A DNA stretch of 64,000 nucleotides from Candidatus Woesearchaeota archaeon (GTDB lineage: Archaea; Nanobdellota; Nanobdellia; Woesearchaeales; GW2011-AR9), in NCBI GenBank assembly GCA_018696595.1, contig JABHQW010000003.1, positions 32,001 to 96,000 on the forward strand, given 5' to 3'. Position numbers and translations under genes: made by a program. The number at the start of each line of letters is the position of its first letter. Within the stretch, counting starts at the first letter, position 1. Below, piece by piece: positions 18,029-27,005 of the stretch. The notes below the pieces were generated by a model. That model made no database searches, was not told the origin of the DNA, and was given only the letters and a program-made list of their open reading frames with translations.

Positions 18029-19032
18029 ATTAATAATCCTTCGTTCGGTTCTGGGAATGAACCCTTTTCCAAAAATTCATTGATTAATTGTTTGGCAGAC
18101 TTACCATGATAATCTTTTGCAAACTTTTTCTTTGTTTGGGCAATGTGTCTCTGAAGTTCTTCGGGAAGAGTTCGTTCTCTGAAAAGGTTTTCCATTACTT
18201 CTTCTGGCTGATCTGTTTCGTAAAGTTTTCCAAATAACTTTGGTACCACTAATTCCTCTAGGATCTCAGAGTAAGTTCCAAGGGTTGTAACTTGAATTCC
18301 AGTATTCAATGATCCTCTTTCCAAGTTTTCTGGGTCATAAAGCACAACGTAAGCTTTTTTAGGAACTACCTTATCATTTTCTCTTAGTTCTTTAGTTTCT
18401 ACCTCAACTTCTAAAGTGATACTAGCACCAGGACCAAACAATCCCCGGTCATTTTGTTCATAAATATCAGGAGTAAATGGAATAATTATTTTTGGTAACT
18501 TTCTTCGTTCTTCAAATAAAGGCGGTCTGTTTTCATTTCCTTCGTTAGTAAGCGTATTACTTTCATCAAGTTCAATTTCCATATATGGTAATACTTCGTA
18601 AGGATAAGCACTTTCATTTATTTTAACTTCATAACTTTTTACTGTTCCTTCTAAATTAACAATAATTTTCTTCTTTGCTGGATCATAACAACTAAAGTTA
18701 CCCCAATTATCAATTTCAATTCTACGTTCTGGTGATGTGAGTTTACTTGTTAATGAATTAATAATTTCTTCTTGAGCTTCTCTTTCATCTCCAGCCAATT
18801 CACTTTCTTTATCTGCATTCCAACCAGTTAATCTATATTCAGCAAGAATTGTACCACTTTGAGAAATACTATAAACAGTTGAACAATCTTCAATCCCAGT
18901 ACTCGTTCTTCTACCCTTAATCACATTTGCTCTAGCTGAATATTCTTCACCAACTTGAGTATTATCAACTACAAAATCAATAAAATCCGTATAATTTGTA
19001 AATATTTGTGGTTCGCTCATAATGTTATCCAT
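18025..19032 (-). CDS. Hypothetical protein
   Basis: 335-aa acidic ORF with its own TATA-like element. No recognised domain. Confidence 0.7.
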   Translation of the reverse strand: MDNIMSEPQIFTNYTDFIDFVVDNTQVGEEYSARANVIKGRRTSTGIEDCSTVYSISQSGTILAEYRLTGWNADKESELAGDEREAQEEIINSLTSKLTSPERRIEIDNWGNFSCYDPAKKKIIVNLEGTVKSYEVKINESAYPYEVLPYMEIELDESNTLTNEGNENRPPLFEERRKLPKIIIPFTPDIYEQNDRGLFGPGASITLEVEVETKELRENDKVVPKKAYVVLYDPENLERGSLNTGIQVTTLGTYSEILEELVVPKLFGKLYETDQPEEVMENLFRERTLPEELQRHIAQTKKKFAKDYHGKSAKQLINEFLEKGSFPEPNEGLLI

Positions 19033-19141
19033 TTTTAATTATTTGCTTATAAATCTTTCTATTTATTTACTACTCTTGTGTGATTATTCTCTTGACAACA
19101 AATAATTTTATAAATCCAAGGGGTCTGCTAAAAATTGTAAA

Positions 19142-19684
19142 ATGGGGGATGTAATAGATGTTTGCAAAAGAAGACAATTTCCTGCCGTGATTGTAAATGG
19201 TAGGGAGGGTTCACAAAGAGATTACGTACTACGAGAATTAATCGGAATTTTAACTGTGTTTTATAGTGGTTGTGGATTTACTTTTTCAAGCACTTCAAGG
19301 GAAGGAGAATCTAGGTGGAAACGACCTAAACTCTATTTTAATGTGTTTGATCCTAAAGGCAACAAGTCAACTAGAGTTGCTATTGAAGAACGTAGAGATG
19401 GAGTCAGAACATTAAAGGAAGATTCTGGTAGGGATTATGCAGCTTCTCCATTAACAAGATACTCTCCTTGTTTTGCTATTTATTTTGATTCTCAACGTGA
19501 TGAAAGATTTTTTAGAAATAAAATGAAGCGTAGTGGTGAACAAGGTGGTCTTGAGGGCAAGATTGTTAATTTAGAAGAATTCTTAATCCGGGAAAGAGAG
19601 AAGTATAGTTATGTGCAAAGAGACCTGTTTCACAATCACTTAAAACCTCAACTTGAATCTAAGAGAAGGGCAGAAAATTATTAA
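19142..19684 (+). CDS. Hypothetical protein
   Basis: 180-aa ORF with TTTATAAA about 30 nt upstream. Confidence 0.65.
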   Translation: MGDVIDVCKRRQFPAVIVNGREGSQRDYVLRELIGILTVFYSGCGFTFSSTSREGESRWKRPKLYFNVFDPKGNKSTRVAIEERRDGVRTLKEDSGRDYAASPLTRYSPCFAIYFDSQRDERFFRNKMKRSGEQGGLEGKIVNLEEFLIREREKYSYVQRDLFHNHLKPQLESKRRAENY

Positions 19685-20910
19685 ACTAACTTCCCATTAA
19701 AGATATTATGTTTATCTCTACTAATCTTAACTCTAACTTTTTTTCCTTTCTTAAAATCACAGTTCGGGATAGAAATTACTCTGTTCTTTGCTACAGCGAT
19801 ACAAGAATTTGCAAATCTATCTGGAGACTTAATAATCGCTTTCACTGTATCATCAATTTGGAAGGGTTTATCTAACTCTTTAGTTTTTTGAATTCCAAAG
19901 TCTGTTGCTGATAACTTTTGTTTAGTTGCAGTCTTCTCACTTAACTCGTTAATCATTTGATAAAACTCTTGCCAAGACTTTGCCCTAGTTGGATTTCTTC
20001 CAGTTTTATAATTAAGAAAATTTTGTATTCCAATAATGGGGTGTTTTGCTTTCTTTTCAATACCTAACTCTTTAACAAAGTTAACAATCTTAACTAATTC
20101 TTGGTCATTATATCCGGGAAGATAAACTGGAGCGATTAAAACTTTAACCTCTTTTTCTACGGCATATTTAATCATTTTCATAACATAGTTAACATTATAT
20201 TTGCAACCTGCCATTTTTTCTGCCAGTTCTGGATCAATGGCATCTAAAGAAACATTAAATCTTAACTTGTCTTTGAATTTAGATAACTCATCTATTTGCG
20301 ACTTAGTAACAATAGTAAAATTTGAGTCCATAGAAATAATTGTTATTTGTTTGTTATTGTACAAATCTTCAACTAACGGTATTAAGTCTGCATACAAGAA
20401 AGGTTCTCCTTGTACCCCAATATGAATCTCGACTGGTTCTTCTACAAATTTAAGTAACTGTTGTAATTCTTCTACTAAGTAATCTTTTTCGACAACAAAG
20501 TCAGTTTTCTTTGACTTTTTCCCTTCACCAACAGAACAGTAAATACAATCTAAATTGCAAGAAGTTACTGGCTTGATTTCGATAAGTGAAGTGTTCCTGT
20601 AAACAATCCCAAAAGAAACATGACCAATTAAAGGAACTCCTGAATTTTGATGAATGTAAACTGCTTTGTTTCCATTAATTGAGTTTTTTAATTGATCCAG
20701 ATGTTTAGCTAAAAGATTAGAAAAATTTCGTTCTGCTTTATCTTGATAAGTTTCTGTAAACTCTAAAGTGTGTTCATCAACTAATTTAAACGGCCCAACT
20801 TGATTTAGTTCTTCTACCAGAATTTTTGTGTAGAAGATATTAAGAAGATTAACCTGTAATTGATCTTTCTTAAGTACGAATGATAATGTTTTGAAGTTCA
20901 GTTGTGCCAT
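19681..20910 (-). CDS. Radical SAM protein with a C-terminal TRAM-like domain
   Basis: CNLDCIYC (CX3CX2C), GVQGEP and C-terminal beta-rich AVAKNRVISI...VRVKISRDKHNIF. Confidence 0.85.
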   Translation of the reverse strand: MAQLNFKTLSFVLKKDQLQVNLLNIFYTKILVEELNQVGPFKLVDEHTLEFTETYQDKAERNFSNLLAKHLDQLKNSINGNKAVYIHQNSGVPLIGHVSFGIVYRNTSLIEIKPVTSCNLDCIYCSVGEGKKSKKTDFVVEKDYLVEELQQLLKFVEEPVEIHIGVQGEPFLYADLIPLVEDLYNNKQITIISMDSNFTIVTKSQIDELSKFKDKLRFNVSLDAIDPELAEKMAGCKYNVNYVMKMIKYAVEKEVKVLIAPVYLPGYNDQELVKIVNFVKELGIEKKAKHPIIGIQNFLNYKTGRNPTRAKSWQEFYQMINELSEKTATKQKLSATDFGIQKTKELDKPFQIDDTVKAIIKSPDRFANSCIAVAKNRVISIPNCDFKKGKKVRVKISRDKHNIFNGKLV

Positions 20911-21039
20911 ATTTGCTCTATTTCTGCCTTATTTTATAAACTTATTGTTATCTGTCATTGAGAGATGGTAACTTAATCTGTGGTCTTAAGAAAAGATAAA
21001 CTTTTTAATAAGGTGCTCTTATAGAATTTTAGGGGGTTT

Positions 21040-21807
21040 ATGGAAGATATAAAGATTACTTTAGAAACTTTGTACGATATTCTTCGTAATGAGAAGAAGA
21101 AAGAGGAATTGCAGACGCTAGAAGAAACTTTCTTCGCTGATGTTGTCTCTTATTTAAAAGAGAAAAAAATGTTCTTAGACTTAAAGAAAGACGACGACGA
21201 TCCTTTTGCTTCTGGTGAGAAAGATAAGTTAGAGTATGAAATCAGAAGTATTAAACGAATTCTTAAAGAGATTTATGAGAAAAGAGAGAAGAAAATTCTT
21301 GACATTGCTTTGAACAAAAGCAGAACTGGCTCAGAGATTATTGATGCTGGTTCAATGTTAAAAGAAGAGAAAGATTTTTACAAGAAAGTATTAGACATTC
21401 TAGACTTACATCGTAAAGGAATTATTTTAAACTTATTTCAAGGAAAGCTTCCTCAGTTATTTGATTCTGAAGTTAAAGAAAGTCCCGCTGACCAGAAACT
21501 AACAGATGTAAAGGTTGAAGTGGAAAAAACTTCTGGACCAACGGTTGAAACTTCTAAAGTAACTTCATCTAATGCAACTGAAGAAACAACGGGATCTGAA
21601 GATGCTACAGAAACAACTGAGAACCCAGAAGAAACTACTTCTAAAATTGAAATTGAATTGATGAAAATAAAGATGGTTAAACCAATGCCTAGTTTTGTTT
21701 GGAAAGACATGAAAGTTTATGGTCCCTATGAGATTGGCGATGAAGTAGAGATTTTTCCAGAGGTTGCTGAGTTAATGGTCAGGAAAGGAAGAGCTGAAAA
21801 GGTTTAG
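21040..21807 (+). CDS. GINS complex protein (Gins51/GINS15 type)
   Basis: Helical A-domain (LYDILRNEK...REKKILDIAL), long linker and B-domain (PSFVWKDMKVYGPYEIGDEVEIFPEVAELMV). Confidence 0.8.
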   Translation: MEDIKITLETLYDILRNEKKKEELQTLEETFFADVVSYLKEKKMFLDLKKDDDDPFASGEKDKLEYEIRSIKRILKEIYEKREKKILDIALNKSRTGSEIIDAGSMLKEEKDFYKKVLDILDLHRKGIILNLFQGKLPQLFDSEVKESPADQKLTDVKVEVEKTSGPTVETSKVTSSNATEETTGSEDATETTENPEETTSKIEIELMKIKMVKPMPSFVWKDMKVYGPYEIGDEVEIFPEVAELMVRKGRAEKV

Positions 21808-21808
21808 A

Positions 21809-22387
21809 ATGACTCTTGAAGATTCTGTAAGACGCCATGGGGGGATGGTTGTAAGAATTGCAAGAATCTTTATGGGATATTCTACTAACTCTTTAGCTTC
21901 TGATCTTGGCATATCGCACTCACAATTAAGCTGTATTGAAACTGGAAAACGGAGCATCTCAACTTTACAACGTCTTTATCGTTCTGCAAAAGCTCTTGGA
22001 TTATCGCCCGATGATTTTGGCACTTTTGCTTTAGAATTAGATGCTAATGATCAGGGGTCAGATTTAGCAGATTTTTATCAACAATTAAACAATCAACGTC
22101 TTCCTGAAGATGCATTTGATTATGCTCGTGGTGACAGCATAAGAATTGTTAGATCTCTTTTAGGAATTACACAAAAGTCTATTTGTGAAAGAACTTCTCT
22201 TTCTGACATTGAGAATATGTATCGAGTAGCTAGTGATAATATGCTTACAATGATTTGTTCAAGTTTAGATGTAGAATTGGATTACTTAAATGCCATTTCT
22301 GTAAAAAGTGACTCTCTTAATTCTGAAGATAATGAAAAACAAAGAGAAACTTTTTTAAGATTACATCAACGTTGGAAAAGGTATTGA
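21809..22387 (+). CDS. XRE-family protein with two HTH modules
   Basis: VRIARIFMGYSTNSLASDLGISHSQLSCIETGKR and a second module IRIVRSLLGITQKSICERTSLSDIE. Confidence 0.7.
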   Translation: MTLEDSVRRHGGMVVRIARIFMGYSTNSLASDLGISHSQLSCIETGKRSISTLQRLYRSAKALGLSPDDFGTFALELDANDQGSDLADFYQQLNNQRLPEDAFDYARGDSIRIVRSLLGITQKSICERTSLSDIENMYRVASDNMLTMICSSLDVELDYLNAISVKSDSLNSEDNEKQRETFLRLHQRWKRY

Positions 22388-22422
22388 TTAAATGTTTAGT
22401 TTTCCGTAAAGTTTTTGCCTAA

Positions 22423-22716
22423 CTAGACTTTTACTTCAGCAAGAATTTCTTTTAGTTGTTCATCATATCTTTTAAATAGTCTTGGATGACATTCTTTTAA
22501 GTCAGATTTAACTAATTGGTATACATGAACAACTGCTTCTAAACTTAATTGGTGTGCTTCTGGATCTTGTTGATAAGATGGAAATATCTCCAATGCTAAT
22601 TTAACTGCTTCATCTACATTCATTAATTGATCATATTGTAATTGAGTAATTGCTTTTTGGTTATCTTTCATCAAGGAACCAATGTCTTGAGGAACAATTC
22701 TACTAGTTTGTGTCAT
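22423..22716 (-). CDS. Hypothetical protein
   Basis: 97-aa ORF with a 1-bp gap after the HD-domain gene. Confidence 0.65.
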   Translation of the reverse strand: MTQTSRIVPQDIGSLMKDNQKAITQLQYDQLMNVDEAVKLALEIFPSYQQDPEAHQLSLEAVVHVYQLVKSDLKECHPRLFKRYDEQLKEILAEVKV

Positions 22717-22717
22717 T

Positions 22718-23905
22718 TTATCTTTTCTTCATACAAATCTGTCCACGACTACACAATTCAGAACAACCAAATCCAGAAATAACATATCTTCTTTTGTAAA
22801 GTAAACGAGAAACAACTTCTTTTAACGCATGAGCATCTTTATATTCAATCACGGCATGCAATTGTTTATCTGTGAAGTTAAAATCTGCAAAAAACTTTTT
22901 ACAATATTTCATCTCGTCACCCTTCATCTTGTCAAACTTTTTCCATTCTTGATGTAAACGAGCATCATATTTCTTAACAATTCCTTGATACAGGCGCATG
23001 GGGTGAGTCTCTTTCTTTTCAACTTGAGTAACTCCCCACAATCCATGTTTTTCGTGAACAAATTTTCTAAACGCTAATTGTAACATTGATTCAACATTAA
23101 AGATATCTTTAGCTAAACTGGCATGACAAACATTTAAGAAAGCATCATAGGTTGCTTTACAACATTTTCTGAACAGTTTTTCTGTTGGGTGGATTGCTTT
23201 ATCAAAATCAACATCTTCACCATATTTGTCAATTAGAAATCTTTTAGTATTGTTAAGAATGAATAAGTTTTTGAAAGCTTGATAAATTTTTCCCAGTTCA
23301 TTAAATGGTGCTAAACTTTGAATATTGTGGATTCTGTCAGCAAGTTTCACTTGGATTGCTTTTTCTTTAATTTTTTCATCTTTATGGTTATAGATTGCTG
23401 AGATTGAACGATAATAAAAGTGTCTTTTATGTCTTGTCAATAATCTTAGAACTTCAATGATTTCTTTAACCATCTTAGTGTCTAGTTTATTTTCTTTACA
23501 ATATTCAGTTAATTCTGTTTCTAGGTCAAAAAATACTTTTGTTTCAAATTTATCTAATAATGTTAATCCTTTTTCGTCTTTAGCAATTTTATTTTCTTTT
23601 TGATAACAATCAACTTTTTCTTCAATATAATCATGTAATAATGCCGATGATAAAGTTACGGGATCATCAATGTCTGCTTTCTTTAAATCCCAAGCAAGGT
23701 TTAATGGGTGAACAAACGGATTTGTACCATCTTTTCTGATTGGGAACTCTTTGTATGCTTTTTTTGTTTTTTCATAAAGGTAAGAAAAGAATTTGCCGAA
23801 TTTGTTTTTTGGGTTTGTTAAATCTTTAACTAAGAGGATTTCATTAGCTGGCTGCCAATGTTTAACCATTTTAAATTTTTTATATTCTTTTGATAATCTA
23901 TGCAT
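22718..23905 (-). CDS. RelA/SpoT-type HD hydrolase (small alarmone hydrolase-like) with a C-terminal extension
   Basis: RKDGTNPFVHP, ALLHDYIEE and VKLADRIHN motifs. No synthetase domain. Confidence 0.75.
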   Translation of the reverse strand: MHRLSKEYKKFKMVKHWQPANEILLVKDLTNPKNKFGKFFSYLYEKTKKAYKEFPIRKDGTNPFVHPLNLAWDLKKADIDDPVTLSSALLHDYIEEKVDCYQKENKIAKDEKGLTLLDKFETKVFFDLETELTEYCKENKLDTKMVKEIIEVLRLLTRHKRHFYYRSISAIYNHKDEKIKEKAIQVKLADRIHNIQSLAPFNELGKIYQAFKNLFILNNTKRFLIDKYGEDVDFDKAIHPTEKLFRKCCKATYDAFLNVCHASLAKDIFNVESMLQLAFRKFVHEKHGLWGVTQVEKKETHPMRLYQGIVKKYDARLHQEWKKFDKMKGDEMKYCKKFFADFNFTDKQLHAVIEYKDAHALKEVVSRLLYKRRYVISGFGCSELCSRGQICMKKR

Positions 23906-24029
23906 GGGCTTATTGGAATTTTTTCTAAGATTTTAAAGCTTTCGTTAATAAAGGGCTTGAGTTTAGTCAAGAGCATTCTTTAGTGTAAAGTCAATACTTT
24001 TATATATTAATTTATTTCTGATAAATAAC

Positions 24030-24449
24030 ATGAAAGTCTCAAACCCAGTAGATCTAATTATAATTAATAAAGAAAACCAAATACTTCTATGTAAAAGAAC
24101 TGAGGAAGAACACGGATATAAAGACACTTGGTCAATTCCGGGTGGGGGTCCCGAATTTGATGAGGGGATTGAAGAAGCCCTTCATAGAGAAATTAAAGAG
24201 GAATTAGATTGTAAAATTAAGTGGTATAAATATTTTAAATCCTATTTCATGAAATTATCTGAGGAACATATATCTAGGGCAATATATTTTTATGGGGAAA
24301 TTGAGGGCGACATTAAACTGAATCATGAATTGTCTGACTTTAAGTGGTTTGACATAAATGATCCCCATATTTTTAACCTTAGTTTTGCATTTAATCAAAA
24401 AGATGTTCTAAAAGATTTTATAACATTCTGGAAAAAAGCTGTAAAATAA
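24030..24449 (+). CDS. NUDIX hydrolase
   Basis: Nudix box GGGPEFDEGIEEALHREIKEELD. Confidence 0.92.
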   Translation: MKVSNPVDLIIINKENQILLCKRTEEEHGYKDTWSIPGGGPEFDEGIEEALHREIKEELDCKIKWYKYFKSYFMKLSEEHISRAIYFYGEIEGDIKLNHELSDFKWFDINDPHIFNLSFAFNQKDVLKDFITFWKKAVK

Positions 24450-24515
24450 CTAATAATCTTATTTTTATCACTTTCTGGGCATAACCTTATAAAGGGGAAG
24501 CGTTTTTCAGCAGTT

Positions 24516-24947
24516 ATGAAAAAATTTGTAAGAAGAGAAAGCGGAGATTCCAAGGGTCGAGGAAGACCTAGAGGCGGATCTTCAAGAGGCGGAGACCGAG
24601 GCGGTTACTCTAGTGGAGGATCTCGAGGAGGTTCTTCAAGAGGCGGAGACCGAGGCGGTTACTCTGGTCGAGGATCTAGAGATTCAGATCGGGGCGGAAG
24701 ATACGCTGGAAGAGAATCAAAGCGTGGAAGTCAAAACCGAAGAGATTTTGAAATGACTGAAGTTATCTGTTCTGCATGTAAATCTAAATGTGAAGTGCCT
24801 TTCAAACCAACTTCTGATAAACCAGTTTACTGTAGTGACTGTTTTGGAAAACAAGATAAAGGCGGTTCTAGTCAATCTTCTGGCAAAGATCTTGAAATGA
24901 TTAACAAGAAGCTAGACAAGATTATGAAAGCTTTAGAGATCAAATAA
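24516..24947 (+). CDS. CxxC-x17-CxxC domain protein with an RGG/RS-rich N-terminus
   Basis: CSACKSKCEVPFKPTSDKPVYCSDCF preceded by an RGG-rich tract. Confidence 0.88.
   Translation: MKKFVRRESGDSKGRGRPRGGSSRGGDRGGYSSGGSRGGSSRGGDRGGYSGRGSRDSDRGGRYAGRESKRGSQNRRDFEMTEVICSACKSKCEVPFKPTSDKPVYCSDCFGKQDKGGSSQSSGKDLEMINKKLDKIMKALEIK
24579..24665 (+). repeat. 33-bp exact direct repeat (54-bp period) in the RGG tract
   Basis: tcttcaagaggcggagaccgaggcggttactct at 24579-24611 and 24633-24665. Confidence 0.9.
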
Positions 24948-25019
24948 ATTCTTATTAATTATTTTTTTAATATCTTTAACCAAAATCTTTATAAACCAAT
25001 CACGTAATAATACTTTAAA

Positions 25020-25289
25020 ATGGATTTTAAAATTATTGAGGAATCAAAAGAAAAACTTGTTTTTGAGTTAGAAGGAGAAACACATACTTTCTGTAATGCT
25101 TTAAAGAAAGAATTACAAGAAACTAAAGGTGTTACTGTTGCTACTTACAAAATTGATCATCCGCTTGTTGGAGTTCCTAGGTTTCAAGTAGAAACTAAAG
25201 GTGTTGATCCTAAAAAAGCTATTAAAGATGCTCTTAAATCTTTGAAGAAGAAAGTCTCTGAATTCGAGAAAGAAGTTAAAAGTTTGTAA
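25020..25289 (+). CDS. rpoL: RNA polymerase subunit L (Rpo11)
   Basis: GETHTFCNALKKEL and YKIDHPL motifs. Confidence 0.93.
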   Translation: MDFKIIEESKEKLVFELEGETHTFCNALKKELQETKGVTVATYKIDHPLVGVPRFQVETKGVDPKKAIKDALKSLKKKVSEFEKEVKSL

Positions 25290-25297
25290 ATTCTTTT

Positions 25298-25609
25298 TTA
25301 TATTGTATATCTATCTTCTATATTCACTTTAAGTTTTGATAATACTGGGTTAGGAACATTTTCTCTAACTAATTCAATAGTTGCATCTGGTAACAAGCTA
25401 TTTAGAAATTCTATGATTTTAGATGCATCTTCTCCTGAAGGAACTGCGAATCTAACAGACTTTTCAATATCTTCTGTATTTTCAGCAAGAACATTTCTAT
25501 TATTTGTTAAACAAAATTTTCTAATTCTACCTCGGAGCATTACTCCATTGATAGGAGTTGATTCAGTTCTAATTTCATAGATGTCCCATTTAATGATTTC
25601 TTTAAACAT
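25298..25609 (-). CDS. Hypothetical protein
   Basis: 103-aa ORF with plausible composition. No domain recognised. Confidence 0.65.
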   Translation of the reverse strand: MFKEIIKWDIYEIRTESTPINGVMLRGRIRKFCLTNNRNVLAENTEDIEKSVRFAVPSGEDASKIIEFLNSLLPDATIELVRENVPNPVLSKLKVNIEDRYTI

Positions 25610-25682
25610 AGAAACGATAATCTTCTGTTATTAATAAAGTTTGCTCGTTAAATTTATATATTAATGCTGCTTTTAATTATTA

Positions 25683-26240
25683 ATGAAGAAGATTATTGAA
25701 ATTGCTAAAAATAGTTACACAGAAAAAGATTATAATTATCATATTTTACCAGTTGTAAAAAATGCTTTACTTTTAGCAAAAAAACTTAATGCAGATTTAG
25801 AAGTAGTAGAAATAGCAGCATATTTGCATGATATTGGAAGAGCAATAAAAAAGAAATTCACAGAAGAAAATGAACATCATATTACAGGAGCAGAAGAAAC
25901 AAAAAAGATATTGAAAGAACTGAAATACGATGAGGATTTTATAAAAAAAGTAGAACATTGCGTCTTAACCCATCGGGGAAGAAAAGGTCCTAAACCTGAA
26001 ACTTTAGAAGCTGAAATAATATCTTGCGCTGATGCAATGGCACATTTTGACACTTTCTTAGATTTAGTTAATTATTTTATAAAAAACACCAATTCATTTG
26101 AAGAAGCTGTTAATAAAATCGAAAAAAAAGTAGAAAGAAATTGGAATCAAAAATTGACTCTTTCTGAAGCAAAAGAAATTGTAAAAGTAAAATATGATTC
26201 AATACTTCTTTTAATTAAAAGCATGAAAGAATACTTTTAG
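25683..26240 (+). CDS. HD-domain phosphohydrolase
   Basis: HILPV, AAYLHDIGR, HH, HRG and CADAMAH motifs. Confidence 0.9.
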   Translation: MKKIIEIAKNSYTEKDYNYHILPVVKNALLLAKKLNADLEVVEIAAYLHDIGRAIKKKFTEENEHHITGAEETKKILKELKYDEDFIKKVEHCVLTHRGRKGPKPETLEAEIISCADAMAHFDTFLDLVNYFIKNTNSFEEAVNKIEKKVERNWNQKLTLSEAKEIVKVKYDSILLLIKSMKEYF

Positions 26241-26289
26241 AACTCTACTTACACAATTAATTTAAACAATTATAATTCTGGATAAAAAC

Positions 26290-26952
26290 ATGATTGATTT
26301 AATGGTTTCTGATTGGAATGGTACCATCTTGGCTGATACCCAGCTAGCTGTTAGATCAACTAATCATGAAATTCTCGCATTTGGTGGTCAACCTCTCTCA
26401 AGAAAAAAACTGATTAATGGAATTTATTTTCCAATTAATGATTTCTTAATTGAGCAAGGTTGTGATCCAGAAGCGTTAAAAGATCCAAAATCAGCAGAAA
26501 TCTTTCATGAATTTTATAACGCAGGATCTAGTAAGTGTAGAACCCGATCTGGGGTGAGAAAAGTTTTAAAATACAATTCTGCTCATTCTATTGAATCTTT
26601 AATTTTAAGTAACCACCTTAAGCCAGAAATAGAAACCCAGTTAGAAAGATTACAACTTGTGGAATATTTTAAAACAGTATTGGCTCATGAAAAAGCTACT
26701 GATACTAGCCAAGGAAACAATAAAGTGCATCGTTTTGCCCACTACCTTGAAGAAACAAGACAAGATCCTAAAAACGCTTTAATCATTGGGGATGCTCCTG
26801 AAGATATTGGGATTGGGAAAGAGTTTGGCATGGTAACTGTGGCATTAACAGATGGATACTATCCCACAAGTAAATTAAGAGCAAGTAATCCAGATTATTT
26901 AATTAGTAATGTTGGGGAGTTAGTAGATATTCTTGAAGAACAATCACAATAA
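26290..26952 (+). CDS. HAD hydrolase (phosphoglycolate phosphatase-like)
   Basis: SDWNGTI, SN, K and IIGDAPED motifs. Confidence 0.88.
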   Translation: MIDLMVSDWNGTILADTQLAVRSTNHEILAFGGQPLSRKKLINGIYFPINDFLIEQGCDPEALKDPKSAEIFHEFYNAGSSKCRTRSGVRKVLKYNSAHSIESLILSNHLKPEIETQLERLQLVEYFKTVLAHEKATDTSQGNNKVHRFAHYLEETRQDPKNALIIGDAPEDIGIGKEFGMVTVALTDGYYPTSKLRASNPDYLISNVGELVDILEEQSQ

Positions 26953-27005
26953 TGAACAAACTACTTACAAAAATAATTTAAACTAACACCCTCTCAAGCG
27001 TTATA

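Noticed and set aside
23956-23971. Palindrome CTTGA-N6-TCAAG between the HD and NUDIX genes
   Set aside because: The arms are only 5 bp with a single occurrence, which is compatible with chance.
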